Source of the DNA: Candidatus Daviesbacteria bacterium | GTDB taxonomy: Bacteria > Patescibacteriota > Microgenomatia > Daviesbacterales > UBA10151 | DNA: 64,000 nucleotides | Direction of reading: 5' to 3' | NCBI GenBank assembly: GCA_016176335.1 | Contig: JACOXI010000003.1 | Location: forward strand, 258,477-322,476 | Shown here: piece after piece, positions 1 through 10,057 of the stretch | How positions within the stretch are numbered: position 1 is the first letter of the stretch | Layout of the letters: every line of letters starts with the position of its first letter | The notes under the pieces: model-generated | The model's input: the letters and a program-made list of their open reading frames with translations, nothing else | What the model was told of the DNA's origin: nothing | Database searches by the model: none | Translations under genes and position numbers: made by a program

Positions 1-123
1 GTTGTTGTTGAAGCAGCGGGAATCCATGATATAGTTTCGAAGGCTTTAGGTACTGAAAATAAGGCATCTAATGTTTATGCAACACTTGAGGCATTGAGTA
101 GACTCAAGAAGATAAAACAATGA
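1..123 (+). CDS. rpsE: 30S ribosomal protein S5, C-terminal fragment (partial at window edge)
   Basis: Frame 1 reads ...[34 protein letters not shown], matching the conserved S5 C-terminus. The stop overlaps the rplO ATG (ATGA). No L30 gene lies between S5 and L15. Confidence 0.6.
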   Translation, partial: VVVEAAGIHDIVSKALGTENKASNVYATLEALSRLKKIKQ

Positions 124-554
124 AATTACACGAACTGAATAAAGTGACAACAAAACCAAGAAAACGTATCGGGCGGGGGCTTGGATCGGGTAAGGGTAAA
201 ACCGGCGGCCGAGGAAGCAAAGGGCAAAAGGCAAGAGGAAAAATCCCGGTAGGATTTACAGGCAGTCTTCCTTTATATAGAAAATTGCCTTTAAGGCGCG
301 GAAAAGGTAATCCCAAAATATCTAGGAAAGTTAAAGTTATTAGTATTTCTGCGCTAAATGTTTTTAAATCAAAAAGTGTTGTTGGTGTTGAGGAATTAAT
401 TAAAGAAAAGATTATAAGTCCAAAAGATGCAAAGAAAGGTGTAAAAATTTTAGGCAATGGTGAAATAAATACTGCTTTGACCGTCAAACTTCCGGTAACT
501 AATTCTGCCCAAAAAAAGATAGAAAGTAAGGGCGGAAAGGTGAACAATGTCTGA
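120..554 (+). CDS. rplO: 50S ribosomal protein L15
   Basis: N-terminus [33 protein letters not shown] is the L15 signature. It sits in the conserved S5-L15-SecY context. Confidence 0.9.
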   Translation: MKLHELNKVTTKPRKRIGRGLGSGKGKTGGRGSKGQKARGKIPVGFTGSLPLYRKLPLRRGKGNPKISRKVKVISISALNVFKSKSVVGVEELIKEKIISPKDAKKGVKILGNGEINTALTVKLPVTNSAQKKIESKGGKVNNV

Positions 555-1860
555 ATCGAAGACAAGCTTTGCCTATATCTTATCCCCCATATTTAATGCC
601 TTTAAAATTCCGGAATTGAGGCGAAAAATACTCATCACTGTTTTAATTGTTATTATTTTTAGAATAGCTGCACATATTCCGGTAGGAGGGGTAGATTTGG
701 TTGCTTTAAAGCAACTTTTTTCATCCAATCAATTCTTGGGACTTTTGGATATTTTTTCCGGCGGAACTTTGGTTAATTTTTCAATTATTTCTTTGGGATT
801 AAATCCGTATATTAATGCTTCAATCGTGATGCAACTTCTAACCATGATTATACCTTCCTTGGAGGCTTTATCAAAAGAAGGAGAAATGGGGAGACAGATG
901 ATTAATCAGTATACAAGATATCTGACAATACCTTTGGCGTTGGTACAGTCAATTGGGATGTTTGCTCTGCTTAAAAATCAAGGCATCATCACCCAAATTA
1001 CACCGGTTCAGATTGCGGCCATTGTTGTGGGGATGACTGCAGGGACTATATTTTTAATGTGGCTTGGAGAGTTGATTACGGAATATGGTATAGGAAACGG
1101 TATATCTCTTCTTATTTTTGCAGGAATTGTTTCAAGAATTCCGGTGGTATTTTCTCAAACAGCTTCTGTTTTTGATCAACTGCAGACTTTAAACGTGTTG
1201 ATTTTTGGAACCTTGGCAATTTTGGTGATTGCTGCGGTCGTATTTATAAATGAAGGAAGAAGACAAATTCAGGTGCATTACGCAAGGAGATTTGTCGGGG
1301 AACGGGAAACAGGCGGAGCCGCCAAAACGTACCTGCCGCTAAGAGTTAATCAGGCAGGAGTTATACCGATTATCTTTGCGGTTTCTTTGGTGTTAGTACC
1401 ATCATTTCTAGGATCATATCTTGCTCAACTCCCCAACCCTCAACTGTCATTTTTGGGCAGGTGGCTTGCAGCAAATTTTAATCCTTCAAGTGTTACTTAC
1501 AACTTAAGTTACTTTTTATTGGTTGTAGGATTTACCTTTTTCTACACTGCCGTTATCTTCAACCCTACCAAAGTTGCTGATGAGATTAAAAAATACGGAG
1601 GATTTATTCCCGGCATCAGGCCCGGTACTCAAACCGCAAGTTTTCTAAATTATATTATGGTAAGGATTACCTTGGCAGGAGCTATATTTTTAGGGTTGAT
1701 CGCCATCCTGCCTTCTGTTGCATCGGTACTCACAGGTATTACTACCCTTATTATAGGGGGAACCGGACTTTTGATTGTTGTTTCAGTAATTATGGATACA
1801 GCAAAACAATTCGAGTCAAAACTTATTGAAAGAAGTTATGAGGTATTTGCAAAAAGGTAA
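547..1860 (+). CDS. secY: preprotein translocase subunit SecY
   Basis: 437-aa polytopic membrane protein with SecY motifs (…[16 protein letters not shown]…, [11 protein letters not shown]). Position after rplO. Confidence 0.95.
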   Translation: MSESKTSFAYILSPIFNAFKIPELRRKILITVLIVIIFRIAAHIPVGGVDLVALKQLFSSNQFLGLLDIFSGGTLVNFSIISLGLNPYINASIVMQLLTMIIPSLEALSKEGEMGRQMINQYTRYLTIPLALVQSIGMFALLKNQGIITQITPVQIAAIVVGMTAGTIFLMWLGELITEYGIGNGISLLIFAGIVSRIPVVFSQTASVFDQLQTLNVLIFGTLAILVIAAVVFINEGRRQIQVHYARRFVGERETGGAAKTYLPLRVNQAGVIPIIFAVSLVLVPSFLGSYLAQLPNPQLSFLGRWLAANFNPSSVTYNLSYFLLVVGFTFFYTAVIFNPTKVADEIKKYGGFIPGIRPGTQTASFLNYIMVRITLAGAIFLGLIAILPSVASVLTGITTLIIGGTGLLIVVSVIMDTAKQFESKLIERSYEVFAKR

Positions 1861-1862
1861 TT

Positions 1863-2393
1863 ATGAAAAGAATACTTTTAATTGGGGCACAAGGTTCAGG
1901 TAAATCTACCCAGGCAAAACTTTTGTCGGAATTTTTAGGAGTACCTGTTGTCAGCACCGGAGAAGTATTCAGAAATCTTGCTGCATCTGAAAGCGATGAA
2001 GGCAAAATGATTAAGGCGATTTTAGATGCGGGAAAATTAGTTGACGACAAAATCACCTCGGAAATTGTCAAAAAAAGGCTTGATGAGGATGATTGTCAGA
2101 ACGGTTTTATAATGGATGGTTATCCAAGAAACTTGGAGCAAGTGAATTATTTTGATCCGCAGTTTGACAAGGTTTTTTATTTAAATGTGTCGGATGAAGA
2201 GATTATAAAAAGGTTAAGCGTAAGAGGGAGGGAGGATGATACGCCGGAGCTTATTAAGACCAGGTTGGATATTTATAGCGAGGTTACGGTACCTCTGCTA
2301 AAACACTATCAGAAGCAAGGGGTTTTGGTTGAAATTGATGGTATGGGTCAGGTAGAGAAAATCCACCAAGATTTAAGAAGTAATTTTCTGTAA
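1863..2393 (+). CDS. adk: adenylate kinase
   Basis: P-loop GAQGSGKSTQAKLL and overall Adk length/order (secY-adk-map). Confidence 0.9.
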   Translation: MKRILLIGAQGSGKSTQAKLLSEFLGVPVVSTGEVFRNLAASESDEGKMIKAILDAGKLVDDKITSEIVKKRLDEDDCQNGFIMDGYPRNLEQVNYFDPQFDKVFYLNVSDEEIIKRLSVRGREDDTPELIKTRLDIYSEVTVPLLKHYQKQGVLVEIDGMGQVEKIHQDLRSNFL

Positions 2394-3145
2394 TGGTCAA
2401 GTTAAGAAATCAGTATGAATTAAAGTTGATGAGGGACAGTGGAAAGATTGCAGCAGCTGCTTTAAAAAGAGCAATTGAGGGGGTAAAGGTGGGAGTAAGA
2501 GAAATAGATGTAGATAAAGTTGCAGAAAAAACAATTTATAAATTAGGAGGGGATTTGTCCTATAAAACAGTTCCCAATTATCCTTTTGCAACCTGCATTA
2601 CGGTTAATGATCGGGTGGTACACGGTTTGCCTACAGAAAGGCAATTTGTCAAAGAAGATATCGTCAGTATTGATTTGGCAGTCAAATTCAAAGGTTGGCA
2701 TACTGATTGTGCATGGTCGGTACTTTTGGGGAAAGATCCTAAAAAACAAGTGTTCTTAAAAGTTGGGGAAAAGGCTTTGTGGGATGGTATTGAAAAAGCA
2801 GTTGATGGAAATACAGTGGGAGATATATCGAATGCTATTCAAAGTAGAGTCGAGAGAGCTGGCTTAAGCGTGGTAAGAAGTTTGGTAGGTCATGGGATTG
2901 GAAAAAATCTACATGAGGATCCTGAAATACCCGGGTACGGACCAAAAGGAGCTGGGATAAGGCTTAAATCGGGAATGACCTTGGCAATAGAGGTTATTTA
3001 CACAAATGGAAAGGGAGATGTGGTGTTGGATGAGGATGGTTGGACATTCAAGACAGCGGATGGTTCTTTGGGAGGGCTTTTTGAAATGACAGTAATCGTT
3101 GGAAAAAAAGAGGCTGAAGTTTTAACTGATTGGCGGAAAGTTTAA
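2393..3145 (+). CDS. map: type I methionine aminopeptidase
   Basis: 250 aa with MetAP fold residues (…VVHGLP…, HTDCAWS, GHGIG). Conserved position after adk. Confidence 0.9.
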   Translation: MVKLRNQYELKLMRDSGKIAAAALKRAIEGVKVGVREIDVDKVAEKTIYKLGGDLSYKTVPNYPFATCITVNDRVVHGLPTERQFVKEDIVSIDLAVKFKGWHTDCAWSVLLGKDPKKQVFLKVGEKALWDGIEKAVDGNTVGDISNAIQSRVERAGLSVVRSLVGHGIGKNLHEDPEIPGYGPKGAGIRLKSGMTLAIEVIYTNGKGDVVLDEDGWTFKTADGSLGGLFEMTVIVGKKEAEVLTDWRKV

Positions 3146-3211
3146 TAGAAATTACTATTATGGGTTGTATTACGAGGTTAGTTCTGATAAAATACTTTGA
3201 GCCTGAAAATA

Positions 3212-3451
3212 ATGAAAGATACGCTTGAAGTAGAAGGTAAAATTTTGGAAGTTTTACCGAATACTTTGTTCAGAGTAGAAATTGATAAAAGTACTGACCT
3301 GCCTGAACTTATGGGGAGGGTAATTTTGTGTCATATTTCTGGAAAAATGAGGATGCACTATATCAGGCTTTTGGAAGGAGATCGGGTTAGGATACAGATG
3401 AGTCCGAAGTATGATCTTGACAAAGGAAGGATTACATTTAGATTAAAATGA
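3212..3451 (+). CDS. infA: translation initiation factor IF-1
   Basis: [24 protein letters not shown]…[32 protein letters not shown] is a near-canonical IF-1 sequence. Confidence 0.9.
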   Translation: MKDTLEVEGKILEVLPNTLFRVEIDKSTDLPELMGRVILCHISGKMRMHYIRLLEGDRVRIQMSPKYDLDKGRITFRLK

Positions 3452-3564
3452 AAGTACAAGCAAGTATTAAAACAAGATGTAAATTTTGTAAAGTAGTTAA
3501 AAGGGAGGGCATTTTGTATGTCATCTGCCCACGTGACCCAAGACATAAGCAAAGACAAGGGTAA
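3448..3564 (+). CDS. rpmJ: 50S ribosomal protein L36 (38 aa; missed by the >=60-aa ORF track)
   Basis: Hand translation from the ATG overlapping the infA stop (ATGA) gives [38 protein letters not shown]. This is the C-x2-C…C…H zinc-ribbon L36 signature in the canonical infA-rpmJ-rpsM position. Confidence 0.85.
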   Translation: MKVQASIKTRCKFCKVVKREGILYVICPRDPRHKQRQG

Positions 3565-3572
3565 AATAAATT

Positions 3573-3977
3573 ATGGCAAGAATTGCAGGAGTTGATTTAC
3601 CGGAAAATAAAAGAGTGGATATAGGACTTACCTATCTTTATGGGATAGGTCGTTCCAATGTGAGATTGGTTTTAAATGAAACGCGGGTTGATCCTAAAAA
3701 GAAAATTTTGGATTTAACAGAGGGTGAAATTAACAAGATTCAAAAGGCTTTAGAGCAGTTTACAGTGGAGGGAGATTTGCATCAGGAAGTTAACCAAAAT
3801 ATTAAAAGATTGGAAGAGATTGGAAGTTATAGAGGATTGCGACACAGGAAGAATTTGCCAGTGAGAGGACAAAGAACAAGATCTAATGCAAGGACAAAAA
3901 GAGGTAAAAGAAAGACCATTGGCGCAATGAAAAAAATTGATCGAGCAAAGGTGGAAGGACCAAAGACAGATGCCTAA
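3573..3977 (+). CDS. rpsM: 30S ribosomal protein S13
   Basis: MARIAGVDLPENKRVDIGLTYLYGIGRS… is canonical S13. Confidence 0.9.
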   Translation: MARIAGVDLPENKRVDIGLTYLYGIGRSNVRLVLNETRVDPKKKILDLTEGEINKIQKALEQFTVEGDLHQEVNQNIKRLEEIGSYRGLRHRKNLPVRGQRTRSNARTKRGKRKTIGAMKKIDRAKVEGPKTDA

Positions 3978-4362
3978 GAAAATCAAAAAAATTAAAAAAC
4001 AAAAAATAGAGAGAAAGTATAGTAGCGGTAGAGTGTATGTGACAGCTACATTTAACAACACCATAGTTACTTTAACTGATAGTTTGGGAAATACCCTAGC
4101 TTGGGGGACATCCGGCGGAGCTGGATTTAAGGGTGCAAGAAAAGCAACCCCATATGCTGCAATTTCCGCAATGGAAGCGGTTGCTCAAAAAGGCAAAGGT
4201 ATGGGTATATCTTCTGTTGAACTGTATATCAAAGGACCAGGTCCAGGGAGAGATGCCACGATCAAAGCTATCAGAGGTGCCGGGATTAACATCACTATGA
4301 TTGCCGATGTAACACCTATTCCGCACAACGGCCCCAGAGCAAAAAAAAGGAGGAGGGTTTAA
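3970..4362 (+). CDS. rpsK: 30S ribosomal protein S11
   Basis: …GRVYVTATFNNTIVTLTD..GN.LAWGTSG..GFKGARKATPYAA… is canonical S11. Start set at the internal MPKK to avoid overlapping rpsM. Confidence 0.9.
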   Translation: MPKKIKKIKKQKIERKYSSGRVYVTATFNNTIVTLTDSLGNTLAWGTSGGAGFKGARKATPYAAISAMEAVAQKGKGMGISSVELYIKGPGPGRDATIKAIRGAGINITMIADVTPIPHNGPRAKKRRRV

Positions 4363-4365
4363 TCT

Positions 4366-4968
4366 ATGGCAAGATATACGGGCCCCAAAAGGAGATTATC
4401 AAGACGAGAAGGTTTGGCATTGTTTGCAAAGGATGCTAAGTCTTTGGAGCGGAAAGGTGCAGTGCCTCCAGGTCAGCATGGTGCCAAAAGAAGAAGGAGA
4501 ATCTCCGAATATGGTATACAACTTAGAGAAAAACAGAAAGCAAAAAGAATTTATGGCATTTTAGAAAGACAATTTAAAAAATATGTTTTGGAGGCAAATA
4601 AAATTAAGGGTGCAACCGGTCTGTCACTCCTGCAGATTTTAGAAACAAGGTTGGATAACGTAGTTTATAAGTTAGGTCTTTCTAAAAGCAGAGCCGGAGC
4701 AAGACAATTGGTTTCTCATGGTCATATTCAGGTAGATGGTCAAAAAACGGCCATCCCTTCATATAAGGTAAGGACGGGTCAGACTATTGCATTATCCGCC
4801 AAATTATCGGATAATACACAAGTTAAAAAGAGTCTTGAAGGATTAGAAACCTTGCCAGAGTGGCTTGAAAGACAGGCTACAGTAGGCAAGGTTTTAAGAA
4901 AACCTGAGAGGGATGAGATGGAACAGTCAATTGATGAACAACTGATTGTTGAGTATTATTCAAGGTAA
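4366..4968 (+). CDS. rpsD: 30S ribosomal protein S4
   Basis: MARYTGPKRRLSRREG… N-terminus plus the S4 domain. Confidence 0.9.
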   Translation: MARYTGPKRRLSRREGLALFAKDAKSLERKGAVPPGQHGAKRRRRISEYGIQLREKQKAKRIYGILERQFKKYVLEANKIKGATGLSLLQILETRLDNVVYKLGLSKSRAGARQLVSHGHIQVDGQKTAIPSYKVRTGQTIALSAKLSDNTQVKKSLEGLETLPEWLERQATVGKVLRKPERDEMEQSIDEQLIVEYYSR

Positions 4969-4980
4969 TATTAAAAAAAA

Positions 4981-5892
4981 ATGGTTAAATTTCACATAAA
5001 AACAGAAAAAGAAGTAGAAAATTTTGCAAAAATTGTTATTGAACCGTTGGAGGTTGGGTTTGGCCATACTTTGGGTAACAGCCTAAGACGAGTTCTCTTA
5101 ACATCATTGGGCGGTTCGGCTGTAACATCAGTTAAGATAGACGGAGTTTCACATCAATTCTCAACAATAGAGGGAGTGTTGGAAGATGTTATCGAAATAA
5201 TTTTGAATGTTAAAAAAATCCGCCTTCAGGTGGATTCAGAAGATCCGGTTAGATTGTTAATTAAAACATCAGGGAAAAAAGAGATTAAAGCCGGAGATTT
5301 TGAAGTTGCGGGAGCCGCACAGGTAGTGAATCCCGATCAACATATAGCAACTCTGACGGATACAAAATCCAAACTAAATATGGAGATGATTGCAGAAATT
5401 GGAAAAGGGTATTCTTTGGCAGAAGAGCGGAAAAGCAATGAAATAGGAATTATCGCAGTAGATGCATTATTCACCCCTGTTGTAGCAGTAAATTACAATG
5501 TTGAGCCGACAAGGGTTGGAAGAAGAACGGATTTTGACAAATTGGTTTTAGAGGTGACAACAGACGGATCTATTACTCCACAAGATTGCTTAAATGAGGC
5601 TGCAAAAATTTTATCAGATACTTTTAAAAAAATCTATGAGCCGGATATAGAAGAAAAAGTTGAAGAGACAAGTCTCGCAATTTCTGAAGAAGTGTTAAAA
5701 ATGACAATAGAAGAGTTGGATCTTCCTGTGAGAATAACCAATGCTCTAAAAGCTATAGAGATAAATATCTTAGAGGATTTGATAAATATTCCTAAAGCGC
5801 AACTTTTAAAAGCCAAAAATTTGGGTACCAAATCAATTAGTTTAATTTCTGATAAATTAGTTGAGAGGGGGTTGTCTTTGCGTGAGGCATAA
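4981..5892 (+). CDS. rpoA: DNA-directed RNA polymerase alpha subunit
   Basis: N-terminal domain (…FGHTLGNSLRRVLLTSLGGSAVTSVKIDGV.HQFSTIEGV…) and the C-terminal domain. Confidence 0.9.
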   Translation: MVKFHIKTEKEVENFAKIVIEPLEVGFGHTLGNSLRRVLLTSLGGSAVTSVKIDGVSHQFSTIEGVLEDVIEIILNVKKIRLQVDSEDPVRLLIKTSGKKEIKAGDFEVAGAAQVVNPDQHIATLTDTKSKLNMEMIAEIGKGYSLAEERKSNEIGIIAVDALFTPVVAVNYNVEPTRVGRRTDFDKLVLEVTTDGSITPQDCLNEAAKILSDTFKKIYEPDIEEKVEETSLAISEEVLKMTIEELDLPVRITNALKAIEINILEDLINIPKAQLLKAKNLGTKSISLISDKLVERGLSLREA

Positions 5893-6409
5893 TGTATATG
5901 GTAAAAAATTGGGAAGAAATAAAAACGAAAGAACTGCACTTTTTAAAAGTTTAGTGCGCAGTCTTTTTAGTTATGGAACTATTGAGACTTCCGAATCTAA
6001 AGCCAAGGCTGTAAAAGGGTTAGTTGATAAAATTATCAACCTGGCTAAAAACAAAAGCACCCAGCATTTATTGCAATCATATTTAGTAAACAGAGATTTA
6101 CAACAAAGATTAATTAAAGAAATTGCTCCAAAACTTTCTGATAGGATTTCCGGGTATACTACCATGTTGAGAATCGGTACAAGAGCAGGTGACAGATCAA
6201 CAATGGTAAGAGTGAGTCTGATACATAACGAGCAGTTAAAGCCAATAGAGAAAAAAGAATTAAGAATTAAGAATCGAGAATCAAGCGAAAAGATAGTAAG
6301 GACTGAAGTAAAAAAAACTGTTTCCGAGAAGAAAGGTAGAACTGGACAATCTGTTAGAAAAACTCACGTCACAAAGAAGAGGACTTCAAGATTGTCCAAA
6401 ACAAAATGA
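5882..6409 (+). CDS. rplQ: 50S ribosomal protein L17 with a Lys-rich C-terminal extension
   Basis: …RHNVYGKKLGRNKNERTALFKSLVRSLFSYGTIET…TTMLRIGTRAGD… matches L17. The start is probably GTG/TTG near 5876–5882. About 60 extra basic residues at the C-terminus. Confidence 0.8.
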   Translation: MRHNVYGKKLGRNKNERTALFKSLVRSLFSYGTIETSESKAKAVKGLVDKIINLAKNKSTQHLLQSYLVNRDLQQRLIKEIAPKLSDRISGYTTMLRIGTRAGDRSTMVRVSLIHNEQLKPIEKKELRIKNRESSEKIVRTEVKKTVSEKKGRTGQSVRKTHVTKKRTSRLSKTK

Positions 6410-6831
6410 GCACCAGTTCATTATCAGCAAAAAATATACAGAGGAAGTGGCATTTGATAGATGCCAAGGATCAGGTATTGGGAAGGCTGGCTTCTGATGT
6501 TGCAAAAATTTTAATGGGTAAGAATAAACCGATCTTTGTTCCATATTTGGATACGGGTGATTTTGTGGTTGTAACAAATGCTTCACAAGTTAAGGTATCA
6601 GGTAAAAAATCCCAAACCAAAAGATACGTCGGACATTCCGGTTACCCTGGTGGTTTGAGGGTTGAGATATTTGATAAGATGATAAAAAGAAAACCGGAAT
6701 ATGTTATAGAGCATGCAGTTTTGGGAATGCTCCCCAGGAATAAATTAGGTAAACAGATGATAAAAAAATTAAAAGTTTTTGCCGGGGAAGAACACCCATA
6801 CAAACTACGAATAGAGGGAGGATCAAAATAA
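6406..6831 (+). CDS. rplM: 50S ribosomal protein L13
   Basis: …KWHLIDAKDQVLGRLASDVAKILMGKNKPIFVPYLDTGDFVVVTNA… is canonical L13. Confidence 0.9.
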   Translation: MSTSSLSAKNIQRKWHLIDAKDQVLGRLASDVAKILMGKNKPIFVPYLDTGDFVVVTNASQVKVSGKKSQTKRYVGHSGYPGGLRVEIFDKMIKRKPEYVIEHAVLGMLPRNKLGKQMIKKLKVFAGEEHPYKLRIEGGSK

Positions 6832-7247
6832 TGGAAGAAATAGTAAAAGGGAAGGAAAGTAAATTTATTTCATCAGTTGGGAGAAGAAAAGAGGCTGTTG
6901 CCAGAGTTAGATTAATGGAGGGTAATGGTCAAGTTACAGTTAATGGGAAACCTATTGTTGCATATTTTTCAGGTGCGGTTTTCCAAAGACTTTACTCAAA
7001 ACCTTTTGAGATTACAAAAACGCTTGGTAAATACGCAATTTCAGTAAAAGTTGGGGGTGGAGGTAGAGTCTCACAATTAGGAGCTGTTATACACGGGATT
7101 GCAAGGGTTCTTTCCAAAGCGAACCCGCAATTTCGTGTAACATTAAAAAGAGAAGGTTTGTTAACACGCGATGCAAGGGTAAAAGAGAGAAGAAAGTTCG
7201 GTTTAGCTCACAAAGCAAGGGCTAAAAAACAGTCTCCCAAACGATAG
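6831..7247 (+). CDS. rpsI: 30S ribosomal protein S9
   Basis: C-terminus …GGGRVSQLGAVIHGIARVL…TRDARVKERRKFGLAHKARAKKQSPKR is canonical S9. Confidence 0.9.
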   Translation: MEEIVKGKESKFISSVGRRKEAVARVRLMEGNGQVTVNGKPIVAYFSGAVFQRLYSKPFEITKTLGKYAISVKVGGGGRVSQLGAVIHGIARVLSKANPQFRVTLKREGLLTRDARVKERRKFGLAHKARAKKQSPKR

Positions 7248-7373
7248 TTTTTTAGACCGAAGTCCTGGAAGCAGTCACCAAAGAGATAATTTCCTGCCCA
7301 AATTTCTACATGTAATTATTGTAAGGGTTTGTTAAAATACTTTAAGAGTTTAATATAGTAAATAAACAAACTT

Positions 7374-8768
7374 ATGCCGCTTCTTAAAAAAACCATGTTT
7401 CGTGAATATGATCTGCGGGGCCGGGAAGCAGACGACGAGCTTAACGATACTTCAATGTACTATATTGGTCGCGGTTTCGGGGCATATCTTCACAAGCGTA
7501 GCATTAATGAAGCAGTGGTTGGTCATGATGCCAGGGGTACTTCCGAAAGTTTTCACCAAAGTGTCATAAAAGGATTAACTGAAAGTGGTATTAATGTAAT
7601 TGATACCGGGATAATTACCACCCCGATGGGTTACTGGTCTCAATATCATTTAAAAGTTAAGGGGCTGGTTACTGTTACAGCTTCTCATAATCCAGCCGGA
7701 TGGAACGGAGTAAAGCTTGGATCAGATCTGTCATATACACTTCTGACTGATGAATTACAGGAAGTTTATAATATCATTGCAAAAGAGGAATTTGTTGATG
7801 GAAAAGGAACAATTAAAAAAGCAGAGATATTCAAACCCTACAAAGAAGACTTAACTGCAAAGGTTAACATTGTAAAGAAATTCAAAGTTTTAGTAAATAC
7901 CGGCAATGGAACTGCTGGATTATATGTACCGGAAATCTTGAAAGCTGCAGGATGTGAAGTGGTTGACCACTTTACGAATGTGGACCCGACTTATCCAAAT
8001 TACACTCCAAATCCTGATGGAACTGCCATGATGGAAGATACTGCCAAACAAACTATAAAAAATAAATGTGATTTAGGATTTGCTTTTGATGGCGACGGCG
8101 ACAGGTTGGGGTTGGTTGATGAAAAGGGAAATGTGATCTGGCCAGACAGGTATATGATTTTGCTTTCCCGCCTTATTTTATCTAAACGACCTGGGGCCAA
8201 AATTATTTTTGATGTTAAGGTTTCAGAAGCTTTGCCAGAAGATATTAAAGCTCATGGTGGAGTTCCTATTATGTGGAAGACTGGGCATTCTCATATTAAA
8301 GCCAAGATGCATGAGGAAAAAGCAGCTCTGGCAGGAGAAATGAGTGGGCATATTTTCTTTTCAGATGGCTATTATGGTTTTGATGACAGTATGATTGCCG
8401 CCTTAAAACTTTTGGAATATTTAGCTACTCAAAACAAACCATTATCAGAAATTATTGATGATACTCCTTACTACATATCTACCCCGACCATTCAAGTCAA
8501 AACCACTGATGAAGATAAATACGATATAGTGGAGGAGTTAACTGCAGAATTTAAAGCTGAAGGGTATACAGTGATAGATATTAATGGAGCTAGAGTTTAT
8601 ACAGATAAAGGTTGGGGACTGGTGAGGGCTTCTTCCAATACACCAACACTAGTTTTAAGATTTGAAGCTAAAGACGAAAAAGAACTAGAGAGATTAAAAA
8701 AAATGATGAAAGAAAAATTGGATAAATTTGAAAAAGTTAGTAAAGATTGGGATACGAGCGGACACTAA
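7374..8768 (+). CDS. phosphoglucomutase/phosphomannomutase-family alpha-D-phosphohexomutase
   Basis: Active-site serine loop TASHNPAGWNGVK, metal loop FDGDGDRLG and sugar-binding GEMSGH. 464 aa. Confidence 0.8.
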   Translation: MPLLKKTMFREYDLRGREADDELNDTSMYYIGRGFGAYLHKRSINEAVVGHDARGTSESFHQSVIKGLTESGINVIDTGIITTPMGYWSQYHLKVKGLVTVTASHNPAGWNGVKLGSDLSYTLLTDELQEVYNIIAKEEFVDGKGTIKKAEIFKPYKEDLTAKVNIVKKFKVLVNTGNGTAGLYVPEILKAAGCEVVDHFTNVDPTYPNYTPNPDGTAMMEDTAKQTIKNKCDLGFAFDGDGDRLGLVDEKGNVIWPDRYMILLSRLILSKRPGAKIIFDVKVSEALPEDIKAHGGVPIMWKTGHSHIKAKMHEEKAALAGEMSGHIFFSDGYYGFDDSMIAALKLLEYLATQNKPLSEIIDDTPYYISTPTIQVKTTDEDKYDIVEELTAEFKAEGYTVIDINGARVYTDKGWGLVRASSNTPTLVLRFEAKDEKELERLKKMMKEKLDKFEKVSKDWDTSGH

Positions 8769-8816
8769 CAATTAATTTTCCACTTGCCAAAATAGGTAAT
8801 TTGTGGTTTAATAATA

Positions 8817-8936
8817 ATGCATCAAGAGTGCCGCCTAAAAGGCGAGCCGGCAACCGAAAAGTTAACGGTGCCAAAGATGATGTGCCCTGCTACATAAGCG
8901 AGGAAAACTTAATCCTCTCTTATGAGAGGTTTTTTT
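8817..8936 (+). promoter_or_regulatory. SAM riboswitch (SAM-I/SAM-IV clan, SAM-IV-like core) with intrinsic terminator, 5' of metK
   Basis: …GCAUCAAGAGUGCCGCC-uaaaa-GGCGAGCCGGCAACC…CGGUGCCaaagAUGAUGUGC… matches the S-box/SAM-IV conserved strings (AUCAAGAG, GAGUGCC, CCGGCAACC, GGUGCC, P1 closing GAUGAUG). A terminator hairpin CCTCTCttatGAGAGG plus T7 follows at 8914–8936. It lies directly upstream of metK. Confidence 0.55.
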
Positions 8937-8944
8937 AAAAAAAT

Positions 8945-10057
8945 ATGGCAAAAAACAGTACTACTACTTTTACATCAGAATCTGTTTGTGCTGGTCATCC
9001 GGATAAAATTTGTGACCAAATTTCCGATGCCATTTTGGATGAAGTATTAAAACAAGATTCGCATGGTCGAACAGCGATTGAATGTTTGGCCGCCAGTAAT
9101 AGATTAATTATTGCAGGAGAAGTGGGCGCTCGGGCAAAAGTAGATTTTAAAAAAATCGCCCGAGAACAAATAAAAAGACTTGGTTACACAAATAGCAAAT
9201 TTAATTTTTCGGACAAGTCTCCAATAGATGTATACGTACACGAACAATCTCTGGAAATTTCGGTGGGAGTGAAACGTAAAGGTGCCGGGGATCAGGGAAT
9301 GATGTTTGGTTTTGCTTGTAAAGAAACAGCTGTGTTAATGCCTTTGCCGATTATGATTGCACATGTACTAACCAGAAAAATGGATCAGGTTCGGGAAGAA
9401 AATATAGTTGATTATCTTCGCCCGGATGGTAAATCTCAAGTAACGATAGAATATAAAAATGGCAAGCCTGTAAAAATTATACAAGTTGTTATAGCAATAC
9501 CACACAAAGAATCCGTAGCACTAGATTACGTCAAAGATGATGTTTACAGAGTAATAGTGACACCGGTATTGGAAACCTTTGGATTTAAAATGAAAAAGGA
9601 CAAGCTGATTGTGAACGGTACAGGTATTTGGCATAACGGCGGCCCTGCATCAGATTGCGGTTTAACCGGTAGAAAAATTGTGGTTGACACATATGGAGGT
9701 TATGCCAGAGTTGGTGGAGGTTGTTTTTCCGGTAAAGAACCCTCAAAGGTAGATAGGGGTGGTGCATATGCGGCAAGATTCTTGGCCAAAAATGTGGTGG
9801 CACATGGTTTGGCGGAAAAGGCGGAGGTCAGACTGGCTTATTTTATTGGGGCTAAAAAGCCTACCATGGAGGATATAGAAACTTTTGGGACTGCAAAAAA
9901 GTCTCACAAAGTAATCCTTTCTTTTATGAATAAAATTTTAGATACATCTGTTGAAGGAATTTTAAAAGGATTGGATTTGCAAAGACCAATTTATTTACCA
10001 ACTGCCGCGTACGGTCACTTCGGCCGTGAAGAATTCCCCTGGGAAAAAGTAGTCTAA
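8945..10057 (+). CDS. metK: S-adenosylmethionine synthetase
   Basis: GHPDKICDQISDAILD, GAGDQGMMFGFA and the full MetK length. Confidence 0.9.
   Translation: MAKNSTTTFTSESVCAGHPDKICDQISDAILDEVLKQDSHGRTAIECLAASNRLIIAGEVGARAKVDFKKIAREQIKRLGYTNSKFNFSDKSPIDVYVHEQSLEISVGVKRKGAGDQGMMFGFACKETAVLMPLPIMIAHVLTRKMDQVREENIVDYLRPDGKSQVTIEYKNGKPVKIIQVVIAIPHKESVALDYVKDDVYRVIVTPVLETFGFKMKKDKLIVNGTGIWHNGGPASDCGLTGRKIVVDTYGGYARVGGGCFSGKEPSKVDRGGAYAARFLAKNVVAHGLAEKAEVRLAYFIGAKKPTMEDIETFGTAKKSHKVILSFMNKILDTSVEGILKGLDLQRPIYLPTAAYGHFGREEFPWEKVV

Noticed and set aside
104-565. 153-aa minus-strand ORF antisense to rplO
   Set aside because: It sits opposite a highly conserved ribosomal protein gene and has no support.
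8747-8938. 63-aa ORF between the phosphomutase and metK
   Set aside because: It coincides with the SAM riboswitch and terminator and is not coding.
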